A stretch of 24,000 nucleotides of DNA from an uncultured Candidatus Saccharibacteria bacterium. Its GTDB lineage: Bacteria; Patescibacteriota; Saccharimonadia; Saccharimonadales; CAZPPF01. Numbering within the stretch: position 1 is the stretch's first letter; every line of letters begins with the position of its first letter. The position numbers were made by a program, and so were the translations under genes. Positions 7,002 through 15,217 of the stretch are shown one piece after another. Location: positions 3,075 through 27,074 of the forward strand of contig CAZVJS010000006.1 of the NCBI GenBank assembly GCA_964627365.1, read 5' to 3'. Under the pieces are notes generated by a model. The model did not search any database. It saw only the letters and a program-made list of their open reading frames with translations, and was not told the origin of the DNA.

Positions 7002-8147
7002 GTGGCAACATATAAAGTTATTCAAGATATTGAGGCCGAGGATAAGTTTGTCGGCCCGCTGACCCTAAAGCAATTCATTTTTGCCGCTATTACCGTAGTG
7101 TCTGGCTATGTCAGCTTCTTGTTTATTAGCAAGCACGTCTGGTTTTTGGCTTTGCCGCTATTGCCAGTAATTTTTGTGGGTGGGTTTTTGGCCTTTCCGT
7201 GGGGCAGAGACCAGCCAACCGAAACGTGGTTGTTGGCTAAAATTCGCTTTTTCTTTAAGCCCCGTCTGCGCATCTGGGATCAGGATGGGGTAGAGGAGCT
7301 GGTTACTATTACTGCGCCAAAAAAAGTTGAAGAAGTATTGTCAGACAACCTATCACAAACAGAGGTCAAAAGCCGTCTGAGAGCACTGGCAGATACTATT
7401 GACAGCCGGGGCTGGGTGGTCAAGAACGTTAACGTGAACATGTTTGCCGACCCATCCTATGCTACTTCTGTGACGGATAGTGATCGGCTAGTGGGTGTTT
7501 CAAGCCTACCGCAAGCCGTACCAGCCGTGGACATCCGTGCTGACGAAGACATACTGGACGAAAATAATAACCCGAAGGCCCAAAAACTTGAACAGATGAT
7601 CACCACTTCTGAAAAAGAGCACCGTCAAGAGATGATGGGCAAGATGCAGGCAGTTCGTGATCGTCAGACGGCACAACCAACACAGAATGGCCAAAACCAG
7701 CCACTATGGTTCATGGACGATCCAGCCAGTGGTCAACAATTACCAGCTGGTTATACTACCTTTAGCACCCAAACAGCTGCGCCTGGAAACGATTTGCCAC
7801 AGGTTGCGCAGCAAGCAACCACCCTGTCTGACGAAGAAAAGGCGCTTTTGGACAAAGTGCATAAAGATAAGGCGGAAGAGGCCAGAACTAAACACAGTAA
7901 CATGCGAGTTATTGAACCGTTTTCTTCTAAAAAACATCATCCAAAATCAACCGTCAAGAAAGCCGCACCCAGCCACCCGAAACCAGCGCCCCCCAACAGA
8001 GACACAAGCACTAGCGATAAGGGGACTGATCCTGCTATACTGGGACTTGCTGTTAACAACGACCGCGATGTGGCCAGTCTGGCCCGAGAAGCGAATAAAA
8101 AACGCCCTCCCGAACCGCCAGACGAAGTGGTTATTTCATTGCGTTAA
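7002..8147 (+). CDS. PrgI-family (VirB3-like; Tn916 Orf17 / ConD analogue) T4SS membrane protein with a ~260-aa low-complexity C-terminal extension
   Basis: GTG start. The N-terminus MATYKVIQDIEAEDKFVGPLTLKQFIFAAITVVSGYVSFLFISKHVWFLALPLLPVIFVGGFLAF matches the PrgI-type pattern: a charged box, then G-P-x-T-x-K/R-Q, then two TM helices. It sits immediately upstream of VirB4, as in Gram-positive T4SSs. Confidence 0.65.
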   Translation: MATYKVIQDIEAEDKFVGPLTLKQFIFAAITVVSGYVSFLFISKHVWFLALPLLPVIFVGGFLAFPWGRDQPTETWLLAKIRFFFKPRLRIWDQDGVEELVTITAPKKVEEVLSDNLSQTEVKSRLRALADTIDSRGWVVKNVNVNMFADPSYATSVTDSDRLVGVSSLPQAVPAVDIRADEDILDENNNPKAQKLEQMITTSEKEHRQEMMGKMQAVRDRQTAQPTQNGQNQPLWFMDDPASGQQLPAGYTTFSTQTAAPGNDLPQVAQQATTLSDEEKALLDKVHKDKAEEARTKHSNMRVIEPFSSKKHHPKSTVKKAAPSHPKPAPPNRDTSTSDKGTDPAILGLAVNNDRDVASLAREANKKRPPEPPDEVVISLR

Positions 8148-8196
8148 CTACTTCCCGTGAGCAATCACTTACGTAGGGTGGGCAAGTCTAGAATTT

Positions 8197-9033
8197 ATGG
8201 ACCCAAATGCACAGAATCAACATCTAAATAATGCTCCGCAAGGTGCGTCAGCTGGGCCGGCTATGCAGCCAGGTGTAACGCAGCCCATGGCCGTGCAGCC
8301 AAAAACTAATCAAAATAGCACTCAGAACGCTCTGCAGATTGCCGAAATTCGTGACGGCATTGTGATTATGAACGATGGTTCGTTTCGCTCGGTTGTGATG
8401 GTTAAATCGATTAACTTTGACCTGATGAGCCCTCAGGAGCGGGAGGCGGTGGAGTTTAGCTATCAGGGCTTTTTGAACTCATTATATTTCCCTGTTCAAA
8501 TCTATATTCGTTCACAAAAGGTAGACCTTAGGCCGTACATTGAGCGCTTGGATAAAATTCGCTCCGAGCACGACAATATGCTGCTAGCGTTACTGATGGA
8601 TGACTACATAACTTATATTGACCAGTTGTCGATGCAAACGAATATAATGGATAAGAAATTCTATGTAGTTATTCCGTATTTCTCGACGGTTGATGTTCAG
8701 AAAGCCTTAACGGCAACCAAAGGGCTCTTTAGTGGCATTGGTGCAATGTTCAGCACCAAGGCGCAGCACGTGACCATTAATGAGGCTGATCTTAGTAAGG
8801 CCAAGGATGAGCTCCGTAACCGTGTTCAGGCAATTTTGGGCGGTCTGATGCAGTGCGGCGTACAGGGCCTACCACTCGATACTCAAGAGTTAATTGAGCT
8901 GTATTACGATGCCTACAACCCAGATACTGCCACCCGGCAGGAACTCAAAAACTTTAACGACCTGTCAACACCGGTTGTTACCAAGGGTCAGGGTATGGCT
9001 CCACAGCCTAACCTCAATAGGGAGCTTCAGTAG
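8197..9033 (+). CDS. Stand-alone VirB4 N-terminal-domain-like protein (split VirB4, part 1)
   Basis: After a Gln/Asn-rich leader, IAEIRDGIVIMNDGSFRSVVMVKSINFDLMSPQEREAVEFSYQGFLNSLYFPVQIYIRSQKVD...KKFYVVIPYF resembles the extreme N-terminal module of Gram-positive VirB4s (Tn916 Orf16-type: I..GiI...d..Y.kilei.PINF.L.S..Eq....F..wL...P..lQ). Its stop TAG (9031-9033) overlaps the GTG of the next ORF. Confidence 0.6.
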   Translation: MDPNAQNQHLNNAPQGASAGPAMQPGVTQPMAVQPKTNQNSTQNALQIAEIRDGIVIMNDGSFRSVVMVKSINFDLMSPQEREAVEFSYQGFLNSLYFPVQIYIRSQKVDLRPYIERLDKIRSEHDNMLLALLMDDYITYIDQLSMQTNIMDKKFYVVIPYFSTVDVQKALTATKGLFSGIGAMFSTKAQHVTINEADLSKAKDELRNRVQAILGGLMQCGVQGLPLDTQELIELYYDAYNPDTATRQELKNFNDLSTPVVTKGQGMAPQPNLNRELQ

Positions 9034-10946
9034 TGGCCTTTGGCAAGAAAAAAACCAAGGTTGATCCGGTAACACTGGCTCAACAGCAACGGGTGCGCGA
9101 GGAGCAAGAGGTGGTCCAGGCCTTTCAAAAAGGCGTTACGGCCCTGCGCGATTTTATTGCGCCAAGCTCGCTCAAGTTCGAAAATGCCCTGTTTCACCTT
9201 GGCACACGTTTTGCCCGCACTTTTTACGTCTATGGCTACCCCCGTCAGTTATACACAGGCTGGCTATCGAGTATGGTGAACCTCGATGAGGTTATGGACT
9301 TATCTCTCTATGTCTATCCGGTTGAAAGCCAGGTGGTTATGGAAAATCTCCGTAAAAAAGTAACTCAGTTGGAGGCTGGTATACAGATTGATGCCGAAAA
9401 AGGTCGGGTGCGTGACCCGGGCAAGCAAGCAGCCATTATGGACGCCGAAGAAATGCGAGATAAGCTACAGGTGGGCGAAGAACGCTTCTTCCGGTTTGGT
9501 ATGTACTTTACCGTTTATGGCAGCAGTTTGGATGAACTGGAGTTTGTGACACACAAAATTGAGTCTGTGCTTGGGCAGCAACTGGTCTACTCTAAGCCGG
9601 CTAGCTCGCAGCAAGAACAAGGGTTCAATAGCACCATGCCACAGTTTACAGATCAGCTACAAATTCGCCGTAACATGAACACTGGCGCCATTAGTACTAC
9701 TTTTCCATTTACCTCAGCTGACCTAAGTCAGGACAACGGCATTCTGTATGGCATAAATATGCATAACTCGGGTCTAGTAATCTTTGATCGCTTTAGTTTA
9801 GAAAATGGTAATTCGGTAGTATTTGCAAAGTCTGGCGCCGGTAAATCGTTTACGGTGAAGCTGGAGGCTCTGCGTAGCCTGATGTTTGGCACAGAGATAT
9901 TTATTATTGACCCGGAGAATGAGTACCAGCGTATGGCTGACGCGGTTGGTGGAGCATATGTAAAACTCAGCCTCAATTCGCCGACTCGCATCAACCCATT
10001 TGATCTGCCTAAGGTTGTTGATTCGGAGGAGGCAGACAATGCGCTTCGAAGTAATCTTATTACACTGCATGGACTACTACGCCTGATGATGGGAGGTGCT
10101 CAGACGCAAATGGTGGGAGGCAGCGCCACAGCAATACCTGCATTGAGCCCGGTAGAAGAAGCCGATTTGGATGCCGCCTTGATAGAAACCTATGCCAAAG
10201 CCGGCATCACCAATGATCCTTTAACGCACACCGGTATGCCACCAACAATCGCTGATTTGTACGATACCTTACTACACATGGGCGGTACTGGGCCGCAATT
10301 AGCCCAACGTTTGAGGAAGTATACTTCTGGAACATTTGCCGGCATTTTCTCACAGCAGTCCAATATCGATATCAACAATCCATTAGTAGTCTTTAACGTA
10401 CGCGACCTCGAGGACGAACTACGCCCCGTTGCAATGTATATTATTTTGAACTTTATTTGGAACAAGACTAAAACTGATCAGAAGAAGCGCATTTTGATTG
10501 TTGATGAGGCCTGGCAGCTGCTGAAATATGAGGATTCGGCTAACTTTTTGTTTAGCCTTGCTAAGCGTGCCCGCAAATACAATTTAGGTCTGACTACAAT
10601 TTCCCAGGATGTCGAAGACTTTATGGGTAGTCGTATGGGGCGAGCTATCGTGGCTAATGCTTCTATGCAAATCCTGCTTAAGCAATCGCCGTCAGCTGTG
10701 GCAGTGCTGTCAGAGGTCTTTCGTCTGACCAGTGAAGAATCAAAGCGCCTTAGTCAGTTTCCAGTGGGACAAGGTTTATTCTTTGCTGGCCAAAATCATG
10801 TTCACATTCAGATTACTGCTAGCCCAACTGAAACTGGACTGATTACCACCAACCCTCAGCAAGTGCAGGAAATCGCCCAGCAAGGCGAGATCACTCAACC
10901 ACAAGGTACCATTGACCTTAGTAACAGATTAACTCCTGGGGTATAA
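9033..10946 (+). CDS. virB4: VirB4/TrbE/ConE-family T4SS ATPase (split VirB4, part 2)
   Basis: 637 aa. Middle-domain signature FIAPSSLKFENALFHLGTRFARTFYVYGYPRQLYTGWLSSMV. Walker A is AKSGAGKSF (nt ~9831-9848) and Walker B is ILIVDEAWQLL (nt ~10491-10520). Downstream is GLTTISQDVEDF. GTG start with AGGGAG 8 nt upstream. Confidence 0.9.
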   Translation: MAFGKKKTKVDPVTLAQQQRVREEQEVVQAFQKGVTALRDFIAPSSLKFENALFHLGTRFARTFYVYGYPRQLYTGWLSSMVNLDEVMDLSLYVYPVESQVVMENLRKKVTQLEAGIQIDAEKGRVRDPGKQAAIMDAEEMRDKLQVGEERFFRFGMYFTVYGSSLDELEFVTHKIESVLGQQLVYSKPASSQQEQGFNSTMPQFTDQLQIRRNMNTGAISTTFPFTSADLSQDNGILYGINMHNSGLVIFDRFSLENGNSVVFAKSGAGKSFTVKLEALRSLMFGTEIFIIDPENEYQRMADAVGGAYVKLSLNSPTRINPFDLPKVVDSEEADNALRSNLITLHGLLRLMMGGAQTQMVGGSATAIPALSPVEEADLDAALIETYAKAGITNDPLTHTGMPPTIADLYDTLLHMGGTGPQLAQRLRKYTSGTFAGIFSQQSNIDINNPLVVFNVRDLEDELRPVAMYIILNFIWNKTKTDQKKRILIVDEAWQLLKYEDSANFLFSLAKRARKYNLGLTTISQDVEDFMGSRMGRAIVANASMQILLKQSPSAVAVLSEVFRLTSEESKRLSQFPVGQGLFFAGQNHVHIQITASPTETGLITTNPQQVQEIAQQGEITQPQGTIDLSNRLTPGV

Positions 10947-10975
10947 TAAAACCATAAACTTGTTCAGAGACAAAC

Positions 10976-13900
10976 ATGGCCCTAAAACTAGAAGATAGAC
11001 CTGATAGCGACAACGATAATGGCAAGCCTTCGTGGATGACCAATCTGTCTGATTTTGATGATTGGGAAAAGGAACTCGCAGAGCCCTCAGAGACTGATGA
11101 CAGCTCGTCTGAAGGACAACCTAGTAAAAGCAAGGTTAGCAGTCCTGAAGAGCTAAAGGATGCTGAGAACAGTGCAAAGCAGCCCTCGCAAGACAGTTCT
11201 CCGGAGGACGAGCTCTATTCTGGTGACGAAGGGCCAACGGGCAAACAGCGGATTAGGGCTACCCTTACAACCAAGCGTTTGGTGGGTGGTGGTGTTGGTG
11301 CGCTCGTTACGTTGGGTGTCTTTGGTGCGCTAACCCTTTCCTCGGGACCATTGCAGTTTGTGCACATTGCTCAGCTTTTACAGCGTTTTCATTTTGGTTC
11401 TATGGAGGACAACGGCAATAGTCGTCTACTAAAACTCTATAAATACGCCAAGAACGCTCAGGAAGGCAATGCGGCAAATGTGCGTCTTGGGGTGTTCGAG
11501 AAACGTGTGGCCTTAAGTTTGGATGCCAAGTTGGAAGAAATTGGGGTAACAAAAAAGTATGGTGGCTTAACACAGCAATATGCTGGAGTAGAGATAGACC
11601 CGGTAAAATTCAGTCAGAGCGAAGTCGGAAAAGACATAGCAAGAAACGGGGACCCCGAAGTGGTTAGGAGCTGGTTACAAGAAAAATACGGGGGCACGGT
11701 TAGTATTGTTGAACATCCAGGAGGTAACTCAACTTTTCTTGTTGAGCCGGACAGTGGCTTTTTGGGCTATAGTAATCGATCGTTACGTGCCCAGAACAAA
11801 CTTCTTCTCGCTGATATTGGTGAGGATGGAGTAGTTGGATCTGTCGAGGCGAGAATTATGGGTAAGCGTGATGCGGTGTCTTGGCACTTTATGAAAAAAA
11901 TTGACGCTAAGATTAGCGGCACACTCGATGACTTTATAACAAGCCAGCTGAAGAAGCTTTTTCAGAATGGTGAAGACCCGGTTGCCGCAACGGCACAACC
12001 AAAAAAGGATACCCAAAGCGGCGAAACTACCACAGATCCTGCAAGTACAGACGCTGCTACAGGCGTGTCTGATGAAGGGCAGAGAGCCAAAGCGGCAACT
12101 ACCGCCGGGGAAGGGCTCACAAACAGTGCTAAAGAACCGGGCTATATTTCTCAATTCTTTGACACGACAACCGGCAAGCTAGTGGGCGGAGGAACCGCTG
12201 CAATTGGTCTCTTTTGTGCGATTAAAGCGCTTGGGGACAACGTGGATAGTATTCGTCACGATATGGTGGTTCTCCCGCTCATCCGGCAGGGAATGTTGGC
12301 TATCTCTCTGGGAAACCAGGTTATGAATGGGAAGGATGTCGACATAAAGCAACTTGGCGTTCTGGCCAAACAATTCAACGACCCGAAAAGTGGTTCGTGG
12401 TCGGCTGCAAAAAGTATTCAGGCGGAAGAAGGAAAAGATCCTACAGGCAAGGATATACCCAAATCAGCAAGTATTAAGGAGCTACAAAATAACGGCTTCT
12501 TTGGGGGTGTGTTGGGGGATATTTTTGGAAGCTCATTCGCTGGATTTACCTGCGATGCGGCAGGTAGTTTTATAGGACAGGCGTTTAGCATGACTATTGG
12601 CTTGGTAACGGCACCTGCTTTGACCGCAATTGGGTTTGGGCTCGCTCAAACTGATATAGCCAAAGAGGCGATTGTCGGGCTAGTGCAGTGGCTCGCCGGC
12701 ACCCCGATTCCAACACTGGTGTTTGGCCCAGATTATGGCAATTTCATCAATTATGGCGCGCGTTTAGCATCAAACGATGCTGCTCTTTCGCTGGGTGGTG
12801 TTAACTTATCTGATGCTCAGTCTACTGCCCTGCGCCAATATAGGCTAAATACACAGAAGGATGATATGAAAAATCAGTCCTTCGCTGAACGTGTTTTTGA
12901 CCCTTATTCGCCAGACTCGCTGGCCGGTAAGATCATAGACAACCAATCTACGAGCGTTAGTACTGGTGTGGCGAACATGTTCAGCTCCATTATCAATCCA
13001 ACCAAGCTGTTTAGTAGTTTTGGTAGCATATTCTCAAACCGTGTAAATGCAGCGGCTTCTAGTGGCTACGATTACGGTTTTCCCGAGATGGGCTTTAGTC
13101 TAGATGATTTGAATAATTCTACCTACGAAGATCCGTATGCAAACGCCGATAATGCTATTTCAAGTATAAAAGGTAATTGGACAAAATATAGTGACAGGGC
13201 TAAGGCCTGTTTTGGGGTGAACTTATCAAAGGATGGTGATGTCAGCACAGACCTATCTGCCAAGATTGATCCACTAAAAACAACGGGTGAGGGTGCGTAT
13301 CCCCAAGACTGTGCTGATCCAAGTCCGGAGTGGACAAGCATACGGTTCTACATTCTGGACACCAAAACAGCCGAGGCCGCCGACTGCTACGAAACCGGGG
13401 ACAGCCAATCTTGTACCAATGTCGGTTTTGGAACTACTTCTGGTACTGCTGATACCGGTATGGCTACCAGTGCCAATACCTACTTCTTGGGCGACTCTCT
13501 AACTGAAGGTATGCGTGATGCAGGTAACTTGGCGCAATCTCTGCAAGCCCAGGGTTGGAGCTCTACCATAATGGCCACGTGTGGTCGTCCCTTAGCTGGA
13601 ACGGATACCTACAGTAGTTGTGACGCGCCCCCAATTCAAGCATATAGGGGGTTAGGCGAAGTGGATCAACCGGCCGATCAAGCTGCTATTAAAAGTGCTG
13701 GAGTCGTAGTGGTTGGCCTGGGTGCTAACGATCCGGGTAGTGCAACTTTTGGAGACGACGTAAAGGCCATGGTAAGCAAAATTAAAGCACTCAATCCAAA
13801 TGTAAAAATTTACTGGATTAACTTGTACTCATCAAACAGTAACGCGCCGGCCTATCAGGCTATGGACGCTACTCTTAACAGTCTTGCGTCAACAGATGGC

Positions 13901-14023
13901 TTTACGGTTATTGACTGGGCTAGTATTGCGGGGCAATACCCTCTAGACGGAGGCGTGCACCCCAGTGGTAACTATGACAAGATGACAAATTTGGTTGTTA
14001 GCAAGCTAGGGCAAGCGCCATGA
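10976..14023 (+). CDS. Giant T4SS-associated membrane protein with a C-terminal SGNH/GDSL hydrolase (esterase/lipase) domain; occupies the ConG/Orf15 position
   Basis: 1015 aa. Acidic disordered N-terminus. TM LVGGGVGALVTLGVFGALTL, a second LVGGGTAAIGLFCAI segment, and Gly-rich hydrophobic stretches around aa 510-580. The C-terminus carries SGNH blocks: YFLGDSLTEG (GDSL at nt 13489-13500), VVVGLGANDPG (nt 13715-13738) and DGGVHPSG (Asp codon 13946-13948, His codon 13958-13960). Confidence 0.85.
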   Translation: MALKLEDRPDSDNDNGKPSWMTNLSDFDDWEKELAEPSETDDSSSEGQPSKSKVSSPEELKDAENSAKQPSQDSSPEDELYSGDEGPTGKQRIRATLTTKRLVGGGVGALVTLGVFGALTLSSGPLQFVHIAQLLQRFHFGSMEDNGNSRLLKLYKYAKNAQEGNAANVRLGVFEKRVALSLDAKLEEIGVTKKYGGLTQQYAGVEIDPVKFSQSEVGKDIARNGDPEVVRSWLQEKYGGTVSIVEHPGGNSTFLVEPDSGFLGYSNRSLRAQNKLLLADIGEDGVVGSVEARIMGKRDAVSWHFMKKIDAKISGTLDDFITSQLKKLFQNGEDPVAATAQPKKDTQSGETTTDPASTDAATGVSDEGQRAKAATTAGEGLTNSAKEPGYISQFFDTTTGKLVGGGTAAIGLFCAIKALGDNVDSIRHDMVVLPLIRQGMLAISLGNQVMNGKDVDIKQLGVLAKQFNDPKSGSWSAAKSIQAEEGKDPTGKDIPKSASIKELQNNGFFGGVLGDIFGSSFAGFTCDAAGSFIGQAFSMTIGLVTAPALTAIGFGLAQTDIAKEAIVGLVQWLAGTPIPTLVFGPDYGNFINYGARLASNDAALSLGGVNLSDAQSTALRQYRLNTQKDDMKNQSFAERVFDPYSPDSLAGKIIDNQSTSVSTGVANMFSSIINPTKLFSSFGSIFSNRVNAAASSGYDYGFPEMGFSLDDLNNSTYEDPYANADNAISSIKGNWTKYSDRAKACFGVNLSKDGDVSTDLSAKIDPLKTTGEGAYPQDCADPSPEWTSIRFYILDTKTAEAADCYETGDSQSCTNVGFGTTSGTADTGMATSANTYFLGDSLTEGMRDAGNLAQSLQAQGWSSTIMATCGRPLAGTDTYSSCDAPPIQAYRGLGEVDQPADQAAIKSAGVVVVGLGANDPGSATFGDDVKAMVSKIKALNPNVKIYWINLYSSNSNAPAYQAMDATLNSLASTDGFTVIDWASIAGQYPLDGGVHPSGNYDKMTNLVVSKLGQAP

Positions 14024-15207
14024 AAAGATATGCATCGTTATTAGCAATTGTCTTAATGTTAACTCAGATATTTGTTCCTTTGCATACTGCGCACGCACTT
14101 ACCGACGACCAAATCAAAGCCCTTCAGTCTGGTGTTCACTATTTCAATACGGAGGTGGATGCGGCGGGTTGCATAACCAGTGGTAGCGCTACTGTTTTGG
14201 CCGGAAATACTAATGCCGAAAAGGTGTGGAATTATCTCACACAGAAAATGGGTCTTAATTCCGTGCAAGCTTCTGGAGCTATGGGAAACATGGAACAAGA
14301 AGGCGGGTTTAATCCCGATGCTCTCAATCCCGATAGTGGTGCCTTCGGTATTGTCCAGTGGCTCGGTGGAAGAAAACAAGGCTTGCAAGATTTTGCCACA
14401 CAGCAAGGGAAGCCTATTAATGATCTTGGTTTGCAGCTTGATTATATGAAACAGGAGCTCGAAGGCTCATACAAGGCATCGGTGCTGGATCCACTAAAGG
14501 CCGCAACGACTCTTGAGGATGCTGTACGTGTGTGGCTAGAGCATTATGAAGTACCTTGCTCACCTCCCGGATCAGCATGTGACCCAGAAATGGCTATACG
14601 CCTGCCCAAGGCTCAGAGTTATATGACAACCTTTGGCTCGGGTACTCCCGCGTCGGGAAGTCCATCAAGCACCACCAGCACGTCGTCATGTACGAGTGGC
14701 TCGGGTGCAGGTTCAGGTGATATTCTTAAAACTGCTCTTGGTCTGGCTTGGCCAGATAACGGACATGGGAATGACTGTAGCGCTGCTACACCGGCCTTTA
14801 TTGCTGCTCATGAACCGATATACGGATCTGACGACTCAACACACTGTACTGGTTGTGATGTTTTTGTGAGCACAGTGATGCGCACTTCAGGTGTCGACCC
14901 AGACTATCCTACGTTTCAAACGTCCGTGCAATTGCCCTACATCATAAGTCATCCAGAAAAGTACCAAATTATAGGTACGACTAATGGCGACAACCTTGAC
15001 CCTTTGTTACAGCCAGGTGATATTTTGGCATATTATGTAAAGAACCCGGACGGCTCAATAGATGGCCATACTTTGATATATACTGGACCACTCCCAAGCG
15101 GCTACAATATGGTAGATGGCTCAAACGGTGGTCACGTGCCACAGTCTGGTCACTGGGGCAGTGGCGGCTGGAATGCTACCTATACAATAGCTCGGGTAAT
15201 TAAATAG
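14020..15207 (+). CDS. Secreted bifunctional peptidoglycan hydrolase, CwlT-like: N-terminal phage-tail-lysozyme-type muramidase plus C-terminal NlpC/P60 (or CHAP)-type cysteine peptidase
   Basis: Signal peptide MKRYASLLAIVLMLTQIFVPLHTAHA. Lysozyme-type motif SGAMGNMEQEGGFNP...GAFGIVQWLGGRK. Ser/Thr/Gly linker. Peptidase motifs HCTGCDVFVSTVMR (catalytic Cys) and DGHTLIYTG (His). ATGA overlap with the upstream gene at 14020-14023. Confidence 0.85.
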   Translation: MKRYASLLAIVLMLTQIFVPLHTAHALTDDQIKALQSGVHYFNTEVDAAGCITSGSATVLAGNTNAEKVWNYLTQKMGLNSVQASGAMGNMEQEGGFNPDALNPDSGAFGIVQWLGGRKQGLQDFATQQGKPINDLGLQLDYMKQELEGSYKASVLDPLKAATTLEDAVRVWLEHYEVPCSPPGSACDPEMAIRLPKAQSYMTTFGSGTPASGSPSSTTSTSSCTSGSGAGSGDILKTALGLAWPDNGHGNDCSAATPAFIAAHEPIYGSDDSTHCTGCDVFVSTVMRTSGVDPDYPTFQTSVQLPYIISHPEKYQIIGTTNGDNLDPLLQPGDILAYYVKNPDGSIDGHTLIYTGPLPSGYNMVDGSNGGHVPQSGHWGSGGWNATYTIARVIK

Positions 15208-15217
15208 GTTTTCAACT

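Noticed and set aside
7657-8160. 167-aa same-strand alternative-frame ORF overlapping the 3' half of the PrgI-like gene
   Set aside because: It has no independent start signals. It sits in the low-complexity part of the longer ORF, where off-frame openness is common. The upstream frame is continuous from a conserved PrgI-type N-terminus.
8189-8194. TAGAAT hexamer before the VirB4 N-domain ORF as another leaderless promoter
   Set aside because: It is only 2 nt from ATG 8197, so a start site would fall inside the gene with no in-frame ATG nearby. There is no -35. The gene is more likely read from upstream promoters.
9048-9054. A7 run just inside the VirB4 ATPase ORF as a possible programmed-frameshift site fusing the two VirB4 parts
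   Set aside because: It lies downstream of the first ORF's stop codon (9031-9033), so slippage there cannot join the frames. The only permissive interval is 9021-9031, which lacks a slippery motif.
10942-10947. TATAAT overlapping the VirB4 stop codons as an internal promoter for the 10976 gene
   Set aside because: The best -35 (TTGACC 10912-10917) is 24 nt away, and the alternative TTAGTA is weak. This may be a chance consequence of the GTA TAA TAA stop region.
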